A stretch of 63,072 nucleotides of DNA, the filler included, from Octopus bimaculoides (taxonomy: Eukaryota), in the NCBI RefSeq assembly GCF_001194135.2. It is 6 parts of 5 records of this genome, joined end to end, with 100 filler letters (N's around TTAATTAATTAA, not from the genome) between each part and the next. Parts side by side here need not be neighbours in the genome. Positions count along the whole stretch, not along the records: positions 14,972 to 26,628 come from NC_068990.1; positions 26,729 to 45,200 come from NC_068984.1; 4 more parts are not named here. One strand, written 5' to 3'. The translations under genes were made by a program, and so were the position numbers. Below, piece by piece: positions 23,801-39,069 of this stretch. Under the pieces are notes generated by a model. The model made no database searches and was not told the DNA's origin. It was given only the letters and a program-made list of their open reading frames with translations. Position 1 is the stretch's first letter. Every line of letters begins with the position of its first letter.

Positions 23801-26542
23801 ACCCACTGCCCCTAAAACTGGTGGTCTTGTGTCAAAATTTGAAGCAATAATTTGCTGACTTCAGAAGAAATGAAAAGCAACGCTGAGCTAAGCCAGATTT
23901 GAACACAGAAGGAAAGGTGCAGGGATATATCCCTCTTGATATTTCGTTTCGCTCTCTAACAACTTTTAGGGCAGTAATGACAGAATTGATGAAGTATCGC
24001 TGAAATTGCTTCGTAGCATTTAGTTCTAACCCTGTAGATGTCAAACTTACTTTTCATGTTCCCAGATTCAATAAAATGGAAATGTCAAGATGCATCCATT
24101 CAAATGTGACACCGAATGTATGGCACCAGCTTAAAATGTAAAACGATCAATTTGTTGTTATTGATAGACACGTTCACTAAAATATATATATACACACATA
24201 CCCTCATACACAAACACACACACACATATATATTGGTGATTGTTTTTACGTATATTTATATATAAGATTTTAAATTGAAGGATTGCTCGAAATTTTACAG
24301 TACAGTAAGGGATATTATTTATAAGAAGAAAAGATTGGCAGCTACTACTTCGAAATTCTATCTAGCCTTCGTCTGACTGTGTGACCTTGTATCCTTTACA
24401 GTTACATAACAGAAATATTTTGAAATTTATCTGAAGTGTTAAGTTTTTACAACGAAGGGATTCATCATTCTATGTAACTTTTCTAAATATATTCAGGTGA
24501 GATTTGGCTCTCATATCCAATTGCTCACGCAGAAGCTCGATGCTTTGTTTTTGTTGCACCATGCAGCGTACGATTGCAAATTATATTCGTTTCCTCGAAG
24601 AATGATATTAGAATAAGAGCATATTACTAGCGAACTGTCCTTCAGAAAATTCATATTTCAAACGTAATCGTATAATTGCTGTTGAGCCAACACTATACTA
24701 AGTATTGCAAGCCGTACTTTCGTTTTACAAATTATTGGAGTCTTGATTAGAGTAAATCTATCGCAAGTTTATTCAATTAAGAACAACCTCGTTTATTGCC
24801 AACAATCTAACCTATCATGGTATCTACAGTGCAGTGTCACAGCCAACTGGTGAAAATTAAACACACAATTTCCTCCAGAATGCGAAATGTAAAATTACTT
24901 CGGTTTAATTTAATTTCTTCTAGATACGTTTTCAGCTATGCATGTGTGAATTTGTTTAACCCCATTACGCTTTCTCTTAATGACTTTAAAGTAATTACAG
25001 CTGCTGCGATAATGAGGGACGTATAGCAATTAGAGTTTTAAAGGGATGTTTTCCAATTCTTCTCCTGTTGCCCATTAAATATAAATTACATCTGATGTTG
25101 CTAGAACGGCAAATTCATGGGTAGCATGATGAATAACCTGTAACTACAGCAGAGATAAAGTATTTTATGGATGCCATTATGGTTACCTGCATTGAGAGAA
25201 ATTTCAAAAATAGAACTAAATGTGTGTTCTATGTTCGCTTAATCTGTTGGCAAAGGTTTAGAGCCGAAATTAATCAGTGGCAATTCAACGAAGATATGTG
25301 TGCCCTTTAAAAGTATAAGGCACCACATCCAAAGAGATGCAAGAGCTCTTATGAATTGCATTGCCAGCTGCATAAACATGATAGAATTTCAAGTTGCATT
25401 AGCATGGTAGTTGTGATAACCCTTGTCTATGATTCATCCAAGAGCATATATCGAAATAAAGTTACAACCGAATTTATAAGCCATAAGCTTTATATATCTT
25501 CTTACAAAATCAACAAAATGGGACCGGATAAAAACACAACCAAGAGGATACGGATCAATGATTGTTTAAAAGATAAGACAATCCCGTATCCACATTAACA
25601 TTAAACATCTATTTAAGCACAATATTAATTACGCGGGTAAGATGAATATGCATAATAAATACATCTAATACCAAATAAAATGACTCACGCATCCATACTC
25701 ACATGCACATTTCTTTACAAAAATGCCATACGTACACAACGCACATTCACGCGGACAATTACATGCAGACACATAAAATTACAGACCAATTTTGTTTTGA
25801 ATATGCACTTTCAAAACTGACGGCTGAAATGCCCACTGAAATATTTACATTCTGGCTAAATTTATTCAACTGTATAAACCAAAGAACACAAACAAAGACA
25901 ATGATATGATGGACTCTTCTTTCGAAGACGACGTGTGAGCATTCATTTTTTCTCGAACGACCTGCACAAAGGATTTGTTTATAGTGATCAGGTGTTCGTG
26001 TCACACATCAGTTCACTCTCTCCGTCAAATCGACGTTGCCTTAACAGATGCATTGTGTACCATGCGTCAGGTGTCAAAGTGATTGCAGAGCAACGGGAGA
26101 TGAAGTGTTTTGCTCAAGCGTATGTGTGGTGGGGGGAGCGGTGATGGTATATACGTCTCTAAAGGAAATATTGTGTGTAGAGTTAGATCTATGACTGTTG
26201 ACTTTAGAAAAGCACGTAGGGGAAATATAGTGGTGTGATTACTACTGAATGTAGTAATATTGCTCGACATGATATGCAGAGCAAGTCCATTCGAAATTAT
26301 GATAAACACAATTTTATGGATATATATTCGATTCAATTTCTAGAAGGCTTCTTTTTGAATGAAAATCTATACTCCACAGACGTAGCATTTATGTATGATA
26401 CACAATATAGTTTCAGTTTATACTTATATATTATAATTCCGCAACCTCTTAAACGTACATGGCTAAATACTAACGTAGTTATACTGAGACACACGCAAAT
26501 GGATATATATAAGCATTTATTTATATATTGACTCAGAGACAC

Positions 26543-26628
<86 letters not shown>

Positions 26629-26728
26629 NNNNNNNNNNNNNNNNNNNNNNNNNNNNNNNNNNNNNNNNNNNNTTAATTAATTAANNNNNNNNNNNNNNNN
26701 NNNNNNNNNNNNNNNNNNNNNNNNNNNN

Positions 26729-26777
<49 letters not shown>

Positions 26778-27562
26778 TGTTATATACAAGCATACATACA
26801 TACACACATATACATATATATATGTGTATATATATATACACATACATACATGCATGCATACATACACGCGCGCGCGCGCACACACACACACACACAACGA
26901 TGTTATGTAATGTGATTTTTGCGCAGTANNNNNNNNNNCGCAGTCAAAATGACTGAAACAAGTAAAAGAATAAAAGAATAAAAGAATACTTGACCACTCA
27001 AGGTAGATGCAAATTGCTGCCATAGAACAGGAGTTTCTTAACTCTTTTATAGTTCTAGAACCTCACCCGAAAGGATTATTCTGTACATTTCCATGCTCCC
27101 TCCGAAGCCATCATTACCACCAGTTCTGTTAGGTGCCAGTATGATTTCAAAAGATTTAACTAGCTTGGTCTTACTTCATATATGGAAATCTAGAACTAGA
27201 CAGGAACAAAGATCATAAGGATTTTGTCATATTTAAAGAAAACTAATGCTAACAGTCAAGTTTCTCACAGATTTTGGTTCCAAGTTATTTGATGGTATTG
27301 ATTCACTCGTACAAGAACATCTTCTCTAGAGAGAAATATATCTTGCTACTGGAATATATATATATATATATATAAATTACCTTGCCATGACAGTTGGACA
27401 CACGTGCGTTTTAACTTCTCCAATTTTTCTTCTCAGAAGAAGAGTGAATACTTGAAATATTAAGACATTTCCTTCTTTCCCCTCATTTCTTGAACGTCAA
27501 GCGAATACCAATTCTGTGTTTAATTTTGCTTCGTCTTTGTGTTGTATTCTTTGCAACCTCTG

Positions 27563-27611
<49 letters not shown>

Positions 27612-28059
27612 TGTTATATACAAGCATACATACATACACACATATACATATATATATGTGTATATATATATACACATACATACATGCATGCATACATACA
27701 CGCGCGCGCGCGCACACACACACACACACAACGATGTTATGTAATGTGATTTTTGCGCAGTAGAATGAAAGCTGATATAAATAACTAAGTAAACGTTAAA
27801 AGTTGAATCTAAATATGATCCATTTCCTAATTACCATTAATGTATCTTTCATTATGAGTGCTTGGCTGATCAAGTAGTCGCTAATGCGATGCACATAGCT
27901 AGCGAGATCCGGAGAAGAGACAGGTGCAACTATCTGACCAAGTAAGGTCGCAATATTTCCTTAAACCAGTTCACATGTTGAAAAATCAATTTCTTCGCCA
28001 ACTATAGAACGAATACTAAGTATAACGAAAAGTCGATAAACTTTCTAGTTGCAAGGATT

Positions 28060-28210
28060 TGTGTGAATCTTTTGAGCAGATTTCATCTGCCGATGAAATC
28101 TTTCAACAATGCCTTTGGCTGCAGGAAGATAGGCTGCTGTGTGCGTCTGTCTGCAACCAAAGAGTCGGTGAAAAGATTGGATTAGAACCGACGTCACACG
28201 TCTAACGTGA
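28060..28210 (-). mobile_element. Ty3/Gypsy integrase core relic
   Basis: FGCRQTHTAAYLPAAKGIVERFHRQMKSA resembles the TTAYHP.ANG.VERFHR.LK motif. It lies downstream of the RT relic on the same strand, consistent with RT-then-IN order. Confidence 0.75.
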
Positions 28211-28716
28211 TCAAAGCAGATGTGACAAAACATGATATACAATATTGAAACAAAGTCTTTAGAATATCTTCCTCTGTGGAATCTGTCGACACGATGGATT
28301 CAGGCGACCTAGTGAAACAGTACTTGTAGGTAGGTATGGCTGACTAGTAAGAAGCTAGTTTCTCAACCACTTGGTTTCGGGTTCAGTCCCACTGCGTGAC
28401 AACTTGAGCAAGTGTCTTCTACTATGCATAATGTTGTGAAGGAAGCAGAGGTCCTACAGTGTTGATGTGTATATATATTAGAAACGTGCACCAGGATTAG
28501 CAAAGATGCACTTTAAACTTTTGGCAAGCAATGCAGCTCTTGACTCATTCATAGACATCGTTGTTTACATCAGTCTAGAAAACCGAGCTGATCTACTTTT
28601 GTGATATATATATATATTTCAACATGTGACAGAAAGTGTGGAACGGAAAAAATAGAAAAAATGTAGAAGGTGAGACTTAAGATTCTCTCATGTTCAGTTG
28701 ATATATCACACAAGAT

Positions 28717-28890
28717 GAAGGCGGCGAGTTGGCAGAATGGTTAGCGCGCCGGGCTAAGTTCAAATTACGCGAGGTCGACTTTGCCTTTCGGGGTCGGGGT
28801 CGATAAAATAAGTACCAGCCGAACACTGAGGTCGATGTAATCGACTTAGCCCCTCCCCCAAATCTGCTGGCCATGTACTAAAATTTCAAA
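28717..28890 (+). mobile_element. tRNA-derived SINE, family 2; other copies at about 9775-9890(-), 23433-23560, 29884-30105, 36445-36568(-), 59385-59500(-)
   Basis: AAGGCGGCGAGTTGGCAGAATGGTTAGC head (A box), GTTCAAAT..CGAGGTCGACTTTGCCTTTC (B box and body), GTCGATAAAATAAGTACCAG; repeated across the window. Confidence 0.85.
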
Positions 28891-29584
28891 CCGATATATC
28901 ATACAAGATGGATGCAGCAGTTGTTGAAGACAGAGGAACGAGATGATTATTCAGAGAAGACGACGAACCACGAACTCCATTTTCATATATCACATGACCC
29001 AAGAAAGATTGAGAAGGGACTGAAAACTGGTTCATTATTAGGTTAACCATTTCACCAAAATAGCCTATCGAAAAGTAAGTGAAGCTGTACTTCGTCTTCC
29101 GATTCAGAAGAACTGTTCTTTCCTCAAGCCCTAGGTTTTATATGGCCGGTGACCCGGTTTCCATGGCATATAAGTGACCGAAATCACAACATTTGTGGGA
29201 CGCCGGTCCATCACTGGGCTCAAGACCAGCAACTTTGTGGGGAGGGGCTAACGATTCGACCAGCTGGCCTCCTTTCAGAAGAACTGAAAATTAGCAAATC
29301 TTTGATGTTTGTTTAAACGAAGTTTAAGCCACGAAAAATTTCATCAATGAACCGTTGAAAGGAATTAGTCGTCGCATTTTTCAAATGAAATGGTATCCTT
29401 ATAAATTCAAACATGTCTATTTTCGTATTTCTGATATTTATTGAGCTTTTAATGCAAGTCTATAAGAGATGTTATCCTAGGACAAACACTGCAGTAACTA
29501 ACCAATTGACAATGTGTGTACATTAAATATGACGTATAGACGATTATTTTAATTAAATATTGCCTCAATTGTGTATCCCGGATG

Positions 29585-29700
29585 CCCAAGTATGTCACAA
29601 GTGCTGTTTTAGTTGTATCACAAGATTCAATTGGCATCTGGTTATAAGCCCTGACAATGTCGCTTTTGCCAAATATATTGGCACCGCTCAAGGAAGATTT
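29585..29700 (-). mobile_element. Ty3/Gypsy reverse-transcriptase relic
   Basis: GANIFGKSDIVRAYNQMPIESCDTTKTALVT resembles the Gypsy IFSKIDL.RAY.QIP..DI.KTA motif. Confidence 0.7.
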
Positions 29701-31105
29701 GAGATTAAATAGAGAGGTGAAGACCAGTTGTTGTTTGAGGGCTGTATAAATGTGACTGAACTTTTGTTTGGTAATCTTCAATCGGTCAGGCACAAGGTTG
29801 CAAGATCTCGAAGAATCGGGTGGTCGATTGCTTAAAATGTGACGAGTCACCGAGTGAGAAAGTATCTTCTTATCAACTATAAAACTGAGGCGGCAAGTTG
29901 GCCGAATCGTTATCACGTCGGTCAAAATGCTTAACTGGATTTCTTCTGGATCTTTAAGATCTAGTTCAAATGCTACCGAGGCTGATTTTGTCTCTTAGCC
30001 TTTTGGAGTCGATAAAATATGTACCTGTCAAGTACTGGAGTTGATGCAATCGACTACTCCTCCTCCCCATAATTGCTGGCCTTGTGCCCCAAACAGAAGG
30101 AATTATTAAACAGAACTTGTGAAGGTGCGTGGACTCAGTGACGTAGCCAATACGGAAGCAAGGGCAGCGACCGCTTCCACCGAGCATATTTTTCAAATTG
30201 TCTCAATTTCCATGACCACTTGTGTGATAAAAGTCGAACATCTGTGTTTTTGTTAATCGTATTGCCTTGGAAGAACTTTCTGAAATCATTACTTTATTTG
30301 ACTAACCTCCTATGTTTTTGAACTGTGTTATGTTGGTGGCTGCTGGCATCTGAAGAACCAAAACACCCTGACGTCATAACCTCTTGACACTGGACGATTC
30401 CATTGAGTTTCATCTTTTTCACGTCACTTCGATATCAGTAGTTGCAAGTTTCATACATAATTACATTGTTACTGAAACATGAAATTAATGAATGTAGAAT
30501 ACAATTACTTATATTAAAACTAATGAGATATTTTGCCTAATATAAGACAAATGAGTTAAAAATTGTTTAATATGTTTCACGGCGCCTGTTTTTTTTTATG
30601 TGCTCGCTCACCCAAACTTTAGAACCTGGCTACGCCTCTGCGTTGACTAGTGGTTAGGCTGTGGGACTCGCAATCGTTAAATCTTAGGTACGATTCCTGA
30701 ACCGAGGTACATTGTATCCTTAAGCTAGGCTCTCGATTCTACATTGCTTCAGTCCTCAATTGAAAATGTGTGTTAGTGGTATCTAGGCGTTAATCTTGGA
30801 CGAGCTAGCGTCCTTTACAGGGGTGAATATTGTATTCTCTCAGTTGCTTATACATCATGGAAATTGGGATGTTTCGGTTATAGAGCCTACAGTCTCGTGT
30901 CAGAGCTATTTATGTATTCTACATGTTCTATCTCTAGTATTAGGAAGAAGTGCTCTGAGTTCAACTCTAGATAAATTTAACTTTACCTTACATCACTTCA
31001 GGGTCAATAAAATAAAGTACTGCAGGAAAATAATGATTTCTAATTTAGGCTTTGAGCCTAAATAGAAAAAAAATTATTATTAAATGCAGGACGTGTGATA
31101 GGATA

Positions 31106-32075
<970 letters not shown>

Positions 32076-33271
32076 ATCTATCATTCTGTCTGTCTCTCAC
32101 ACTGTCTCTCTATCCACGTATCTATTTCCGATACTCGCGCATACACATGTAATAGATATATATATATGTAGTTTTTTTCCCCATACAGGCGTGACTCCCA
32201 ACCACATGGTTCCGAGTTCAGTTCCAATGCGTGGCACCTTGGGCAAGTGTCTTCTACGATAGCCGCGGACTGGCCAAAACCTTGTGAGAGGATTTGGTAG
32301 ACGGAAACTGAAAGAAGCTTGTCGTATATATATATATATNNNNNNNNNNNNNNNNNNNNNNNNNNNNNNNNNNNNNNNNNNNNNNNNNNNNNNNNNNNNN
32401 NNNNNNNNNNNNNNNNNNNNNNNNNNNNNNNNNNNNNNNNNNNNNNNNNNNNNNNNNNNNNNNNNNNNNNNNNNNNNNNNNNNNNNNNNNNNNNNNNNNN
32501 NNNNNNNNNNNNNNNNNNNNNNNNNNNNNNNNNNNNNNNNNNNNNNNNNNNNNNNNNNNNNNNNNNNNNNNNNNNNNNNNNNNNNNNNNNNNNNNNNNNN
32601 NNNNNNNNNNNNNNNNNNNNNNNNNNNNNNNNNNNNNNNNNNNNNNNNNNNNNNNNNNNNNNNNNNNNNNNNNNNNNNNNNNNNNNNNNNNNNNNNNNNN
32701 NNNNNNNNNNNNNNNNNNNNNNNNNNNNNNNNNNNNNNNNNNNNNNNNNNNNNNNNNNNNNNNNNNNNNNNNNNNNNNNNNNNNNNNNNNNNNNNNNNNN
32801 NNNNNNNNNNNNNNNNNNNNNNNNNNNNNNNNNNNNNNNNNNNNNNNNNNNNNNNNNNNNNNNNNNNNNNNNNNNNNNNNNNNNNNNNNNNNNNNNNNNN
32901 NNNNNNNNNNNNNNNNNNNNNNNNNNNNNNNNNNNNNNNNNNNNNNNNNNNNNNNNNNNNNNNNNNNNNNNNNNNNNNNNNNNNNNNNNNNNNNNNNNNN
33001 NNNNNNNNNNNNNNNNNNNNNNNNNNNNNNNNNNNNNNNNNNNNNNNNNNNNNNNNNNNNNNNNNNNNNNNNNNNNNNNNNNNNNNNNNNNNNNNNNNNN
33101 NNNNNNNNNNNNNNNNNNNNNNNNNNNNNNNNNNNNNNNNNNNNNNNNNNNNNNNNNNNNNNNNNNNNNNNNNNNNNNNNNNNNNNNNNNNNNNNNNNNN
33201 NNNNNNNNNNNNNNNNNNNNNNNNNNNNNNNNNNNNNNNNNNNNNNNNNNNNNNNNNNNNNNNNNNNNNNN

Positions 33272-33320
<49 letters not shown>

Positions 33321-33917
33321 CGGGCTTCTTTCAGTTACCGTCTACCAGGTCTACTCACAAAGTTTTGGTCAGTCCGAGGTTATATAGTATAAGGCACTTG
33401 GCCAAGATGCCACACAGTGGACTGAACCCGGAATCATGTGGTTGTGAAGCAAACTTCTTACCACACAGCGACATCTACTTTTATTATTTGTTTTCTCCCT
33501 CATACAAGTACAGCTGAACTGTACTTGTGGTTTACGATCTAATGGTGTTTCTTTTCATCTTAAACGTGATATGCTCATGAAGTGATTGTCACAGAATTGA
33601 CTTGAGATATATATTTTGTGGGATATGGCCTGATTTAGCATACCCTTTGCGCTATTACCTGATGAGTCTTTACTTACCAATGCTGCTGATACAATACTAA
33701 AGCGATGTAATATATTTAATATATTATGTAATAATGTTTCCACAAGTATCCGCTGCTAAAGTGGAGTTGAAACAATTGCTCAGGCAACTTCGATTTGATG
33801 GAGTGAGCGAGCTAATGCAAAGCACATACGTTTGATCACTATAAACAAATCATTTGTGCTGGTCGTTCGGCAAAAAAGTTAAACGCTCATACGTCGTCTT
33901 CGACCGGCAAGTCCATC

Positions 33918-33952
<35 letters not shown>

Positions 33953-34772
33953 NNNNNNNNNNNNNNNNNNNNNNNNNNNNNNNNNNNNNNNNNNNNNNNN
34001 NNNNNNNNNNNNNNNNNNNNNNNNNNNNNNNNNNNNNNNNNNNNNNNNNNNNNNNNNNNNNNNNNNNNNNNNNNNNNNNNNNNNNNNNNNNNNNNNNNNN
34101 NNNNNNNNNNNNNNNNNNNNNNNNNNNNNNNNNNNNNNNNNNNNNNNNNNNNNNNNNNNNNNNNNNNNNNNNNNNNNNNNNNNNNNNNNNNNNNNNNNNN
34201 NNNNNNNNNNNNNNNNNNNNNNNNNNNNNNNNNNNNNNNNNNNNNNNNNNNNNNNNNNNNNNNNNNNNNNNNNNNNNNNNNNNNNNNNNNNNNNNNNNNN
34301 NNNNNNNNNNNNNNNNNNNNNNNNNNNNNNNNNNNNNNNNNNNNNNNNNNNNNNNNNNNNNNNNNNNNNNNNNNNNNNNNNNNNNNNNNNNNNNNNNNNN
34401 NNNNNNNNNNNNNNNNNNNNNNNNNNNNNNNNNNNNNNNNNNNNNNNNNNNNNNNNNNNNNNNNNNNNNNNNNNNNNNNNNNNNNNNNNNNNNNNNNNNN
34501 NNNNNNNNNNNNNNNNNNNNNNNNNNNNNNNNNNNNNNNNNNNNNNNNNNNNNNNNNNNNNNNNNNNNNNNNNNNNNNNNNNNNNNNNNNNNNNNNNNNN
34601 NNNNNNNNNNNNNNNNNNNNNNNNNNNNNNNNNNNNNNNNNNNNNNNNNNNNNNNNNNNNNNNNNNNNNNNNNNNNNNNNNNNNNNNNNNNNNNNNNNNN
34701 NNNNNNNNNNNNNNNNNNNNNNNNNNNNNNNNNNNNNNNNNNGAGAGAGAGAGAGAGAGAGAGGGGTTTCAA

Positions 34773-34925
34773 TGAACACGCTTATAACACCAAAGATTCT
34801 TTGAAAGTTGCCATAGTCAGAATAATGTCCAAAATGAACCAGGATCACTTGATTCGAGCATGTAGGTGATTCAGACCTCGTATAAAAGCAGTTGTTGAAG
34901 CTGAGGGTGGCTTTGTTGAATGGCA
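34773..34925 (+). mobile_element. 3-prime end relic of a Tc1/mariner-superfamily transposase
   Basis: Translates as ..LIRACR*FRPRIKAVVEAEGGFVE, the typical IS630-Tc1-mariner C-terminus; the 5-prime part is lost in the gap. Confidence 0.6.
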
Positions 34926-35511
34926 TTATAGAAAACAAGGTTTATTTTTATCCTCATAGCATTTTTTGATAAATAAAATCATTATCTGTTATTATATATC
35001 TGTTTATTATTTTTTTTTTGTAAATATAAATCTGTCCTCGAATATCTTGCGCACCCAGCGTATCAATCTGTCTCTGTCAGTGTGTGCGTGCGCGCGCACA
35101 TATATCAATCTTCTGCCTCCTTCGCTATCTGAACATCTCTCTATATCTATCTATATATCTATACCTCTCCTTACATGTATACGCACGCATGCGTGTGTGT
35201 GTGTGTGTATGTAACTGCGTGCTGTGTTTCTCTACGTATCTCTGGTTCTGGTATTATGATGCTGTAGTTAGTAGGGATTGGTTATAATTTGAACACACCT
35301 AGTGAGTTTTAACAAACCGACCTTAACTGGAATGCAAGCGATTTACTCAAATATGCCATACTGACTCGTTTGATTCTTTGCTGATAGAGAAAAGTAAAAC
35401 GTGAGTTATGCCTTCTGCGTCATGGAACCTAGAAATATTCAACAAACCGAGCAATAAATTTCTGTTGGTGAAAATTCCTCAAATGTAACTCAAATTTTCT
35501 CAGAAATTACT

Positions 35512-35728
35512 GCTATTTCTAGGAAATGAAGCACTTGGTGGAGGTACATTAATAATTCTGAGTTTGATTTGAAGAAGATTTGGCTGTTATTTCTAGGAAA
35601 TGAAACACTTGGTGGAGGTGCATTAATAATTCTGAGTTTTATTTGAAGAAGATTTGGCTGTTATTTCTAGGAAATGAAACACTTGGTGGAGGTGCATTAA
35701 TAATTCTGAGTTTGATTTGAAGAAGATT
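35512..35728. repeat. 74-bp minisatellite, about 3 copies, running into a gap
   Basis: AGGAAATGAA recurs at 35521, 35595 and 35669 with near-identical intervening sequence. Confidence 0.95.
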
Positions 35729-37769
35729 NNNNNNNNNNNNNNNNNNNNNNNNNNNNNNNNNNNNNNNNNNNNNNNNNNNNNNNNNNNNNNNNNNNNNNNN
35801 NNNNNNNNNNNNNNNNNNNNNNNNNNNNNNNNNNNNNNNNNNNNNNNNNNNNNNNNNNNNNNNNNNNNNNNNNNNNNNNNNNNNNNNNNNNNNNNNNNNN
35901 NNNNNNNNNNNNNNNNNNNNNNNNNNNNNNNNNNNNNNNNNNNNNNNNNNNNNNNNNNNNNNNNNNNNNNNNNNNNNNNNNNNNNTTATTATATAAACAA
36001 TATATGCGTATAAATTACTATTTTTCTGTAATTTTGTCTGCTTCAAAAGAAAACAAACCAAAAAACCGGATGAAATATGTCAACAAGGGATTAATACAAT
36101 ATACACCGCCACAGCAGTAACTGTATTCAGCTGAATAGACGTCAGTGATTGGTTGAAATTACAGAAATACGACAACTTTAACATGAAATAACTTGCGATG
36201 CACAATTTTTTGCTAAGAAGGCTAAGAGAAAAAGTTGTTTTATATGACACATTCTACCAGTGTCCAAAGTTTGAAAGTGTTTCGTTAAGAAAACAAGTGT
36301 TGCCCGTCAAACCAAAAAGATCCCAGTCCCGCAATAGATCGGCGTCTTGTTTACAGGAATGTTGTGATTGGTCACTTATATGCCATGGATACTGAGTAAC
36401 CAGCTTTGAATCCTAGGACACAAGAAAATAGTGGTTTCAAATTTTGGCGCAAGGGATGAAAGGCAAAGTCGACCTCGGCGGAATTTGTACTCAGAATGTA
36501 AAGACGGACGAAATGCCGCTAAGCATTTTGCTCAGCTTGGTAACAATACTGCCAACGCACCGCCTTAATACTCAAGAAAACTATTAATAACAATGAAAAA
36601 GTAGATAATGCTGATAAAAAAGTGAAAAGTTGATTGTAATACAAAGCAGTCAGGAACCAGTAATTAATAAACAAATTTGTTTAAAGAGATGCCGTATATT
36701 ATTGTTTAGCCTTGTGGTTGTCAAACTGAGAAATACCATGCTCTGTTGAAATATTTGAGAAATTTCTTAACACCCTCCCCCCCTCTCTCTTTATTAATGA
36801 GATGACAAAATAGATTTTGCATTCGTATAATTCTTCTTTCTTCACTGAGGTATTTGACATGTTTAAAAAGTTGGAAGCCATCTTAATTCATTCTTCCCTT
36901 CTGCAATACTTACAGGCTGCGCCACTAATAGTGACTGTGTGATAAGAAGCTTGGCTCCCTGCCACATGGTTCTGGGTTCAGTCCCACTGCATGTCACCTT
37001 GGGCAAGTGTCTTCTGCTATAGCCTTGGGCTAACCAAATCTTGTGAGTGATATTGGTTCACAGAAACTGAAAGAAGCTCGTCGTAATATGTGTGTGTGTG
37101 TGTGTGTGTGTGTGTATTATCAACATATTCAGAATACCTGGGCATCTTTAAAGCGTAGAAACAAATGCCGGTGAGGGACACATCGTTCCATGGTTGACTC
37201 TTATCTTTGTGAATTTATGTGGAGGAGATATGAGAACGATAATCTACTATAATAATACTCTTGTGTTTTTCTCCGTCATAACATATGAACGGCAAAGGAA
37301 GAGGTGATAGATGAATAAGGAAGGCAGGGGTGATGGCAAACTTGTGGGGTGGTGAGCATTAAAGGCTGAAAAGAAAAAGTAATAGCGTTTCAACTCTGAG
37401 TATATGTGTATATGTGTGCGTGTACAAGGAAAGTATGTGAATGTATGTGAACATTGACAAGTGTATTAATTTGATTTACCATCCATATTTATATATAAAA
37501 TACTACAAGTAGCTGTCATTTTTGACGGCACAAGGCCAGCTAGTTTATTTTATAAAATCCAAGCGTTTATTGCAAACTTTCGTTCTTGAGTTTATCTTAA
37601 TTAATGTCTGTTTTAAGCAATGTTTTGACTGTTATTTCGAGCAACTCCTGTTGGTTTGCTCGTAGCTTTTAAATATTTAACTTGCTCGCGAATCTTTTAA
37701 TGTTTTTCACTGTTTACTGTAGCTAGTTTAATGTTTTGACATGCGTGTGTGTATGTATGTATGTGTTCA

Positions 37770-37833
37770 TGGCAAATAAGTCGAAAGGTAAGCTATTATT
37801 ATAAATCGGCACGAACTTTCAGGACAACCCAAT
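37770..37833 (-). mobile_element. Isolated 5-prime end/TIR fragment of the same mariner family as 4346-5585
   Basis: AATAAGTCGAAAGGTAAGCTATTATTATAAATCGGCACGAACTTTCAGGACAACCCAATA matches 5531-5587. Confidence 0.8.
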
Positions 37834-39069
37834 AGTTTAAGAGAACTCTTCGATATTTTAGCCAGCCAAAGAATTAAACTGAGATTTTTCGGCAGTTAAT
37901 ATTTTATCTTCATTCCAATATCTTCTGAAACATTCCGTAGTGAAAATCTTCCCAAGCAGAAAGTTATACGCCTGTCACTGTTCTTACGCATATATATGTA
38001 CGTGTAAAAACTAACACTTCCTTTTTCCGAGCTGAGATTCGAAACCGAATCTAAGGATTCTCGCTTGTCTGATCCACCACTGACCAAACAGACGCGAAAG
38101 AAATTTCTTTGTCCTGTCAAAAAAATGATGGATGGTTTCCCTTCGACCTTCGACCTCATCCGTGTCATTTAAGGTTCAAGTGGACAGGAGGCGACCTACA
38201 TAGGTAGGAATTTCTCCTGTGGTATGTCTGTCCTTCTAGCTGTCACGACCATTATAAATACAGCAATCCGTCAAGGGACGGCTGAGTGAGATAGCCAGAG
38301 GCGAGATGGCCAGCAAGTAACTTCGCCAGTTAAGCAGGTAACACAGAACCAGATATTCAGCATGAACGATCCAACACAGTAGTAAACGCAGAACATGAAC
38401 AGACTACCCTATCATATCGACACAGAATTTACCCTGTTAATTTCTTCTTCGCCAGCTCGAAGTAAGTTGGTAATGTGATGTAGTGAAATATTCGGTATAT
38501 ACAAGCAAATGCAAGTGTCGTTTAGATAAATTATTTAAACTACAATCCGATGCTTTCCCAATGTTTTACTTTGATGTCGTCCACATGCCTATTTCATCTG
38601 CTACCTCACCATCTTTCCCACTACATTTGTCTTCTCTTTCTCTTTTTAATTTAGAGTAAATTTTCACCGGACACCTACTTAGTAGCAAGATTGTGAAGGA
38701 AAGTGTCTTGTTTTAACCACCATCCTTTAAATTTTAAGGTCTTGCAGATTTTTATAGTTCCACATATCGTGTTCATTTGTAGCGCATGGATTAAGGATTT
38801 GCATTATCTCCCCAAGATCCCAAGTTCAGCCATACTTTGCTCCAGACATGTTGGTATGTATCCTGTTTCTCCAATAATAATGACTATGAAGCTGAAAGTG
38901 TATGTATGTATGTATGTATGTATGTATGTATGTATGTATGTATGTATGTATGTATGCATGCATGCATGCATACATACATACATACATACACACACCCATA
39001 CATTCATACATACATACTTATATACCTACATACTTCTCTGGATTTGAGAATATGGACTACTGTTATTTT

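Noticed and set aside
37896-38460. 90-aa ORF and CpG-rich stretch with a small AGATTCG/CGAATCT hairpin
   Set aside because: No recognisable protein motif in any frame and no convincing splice sites; cannot be supported as a gene.
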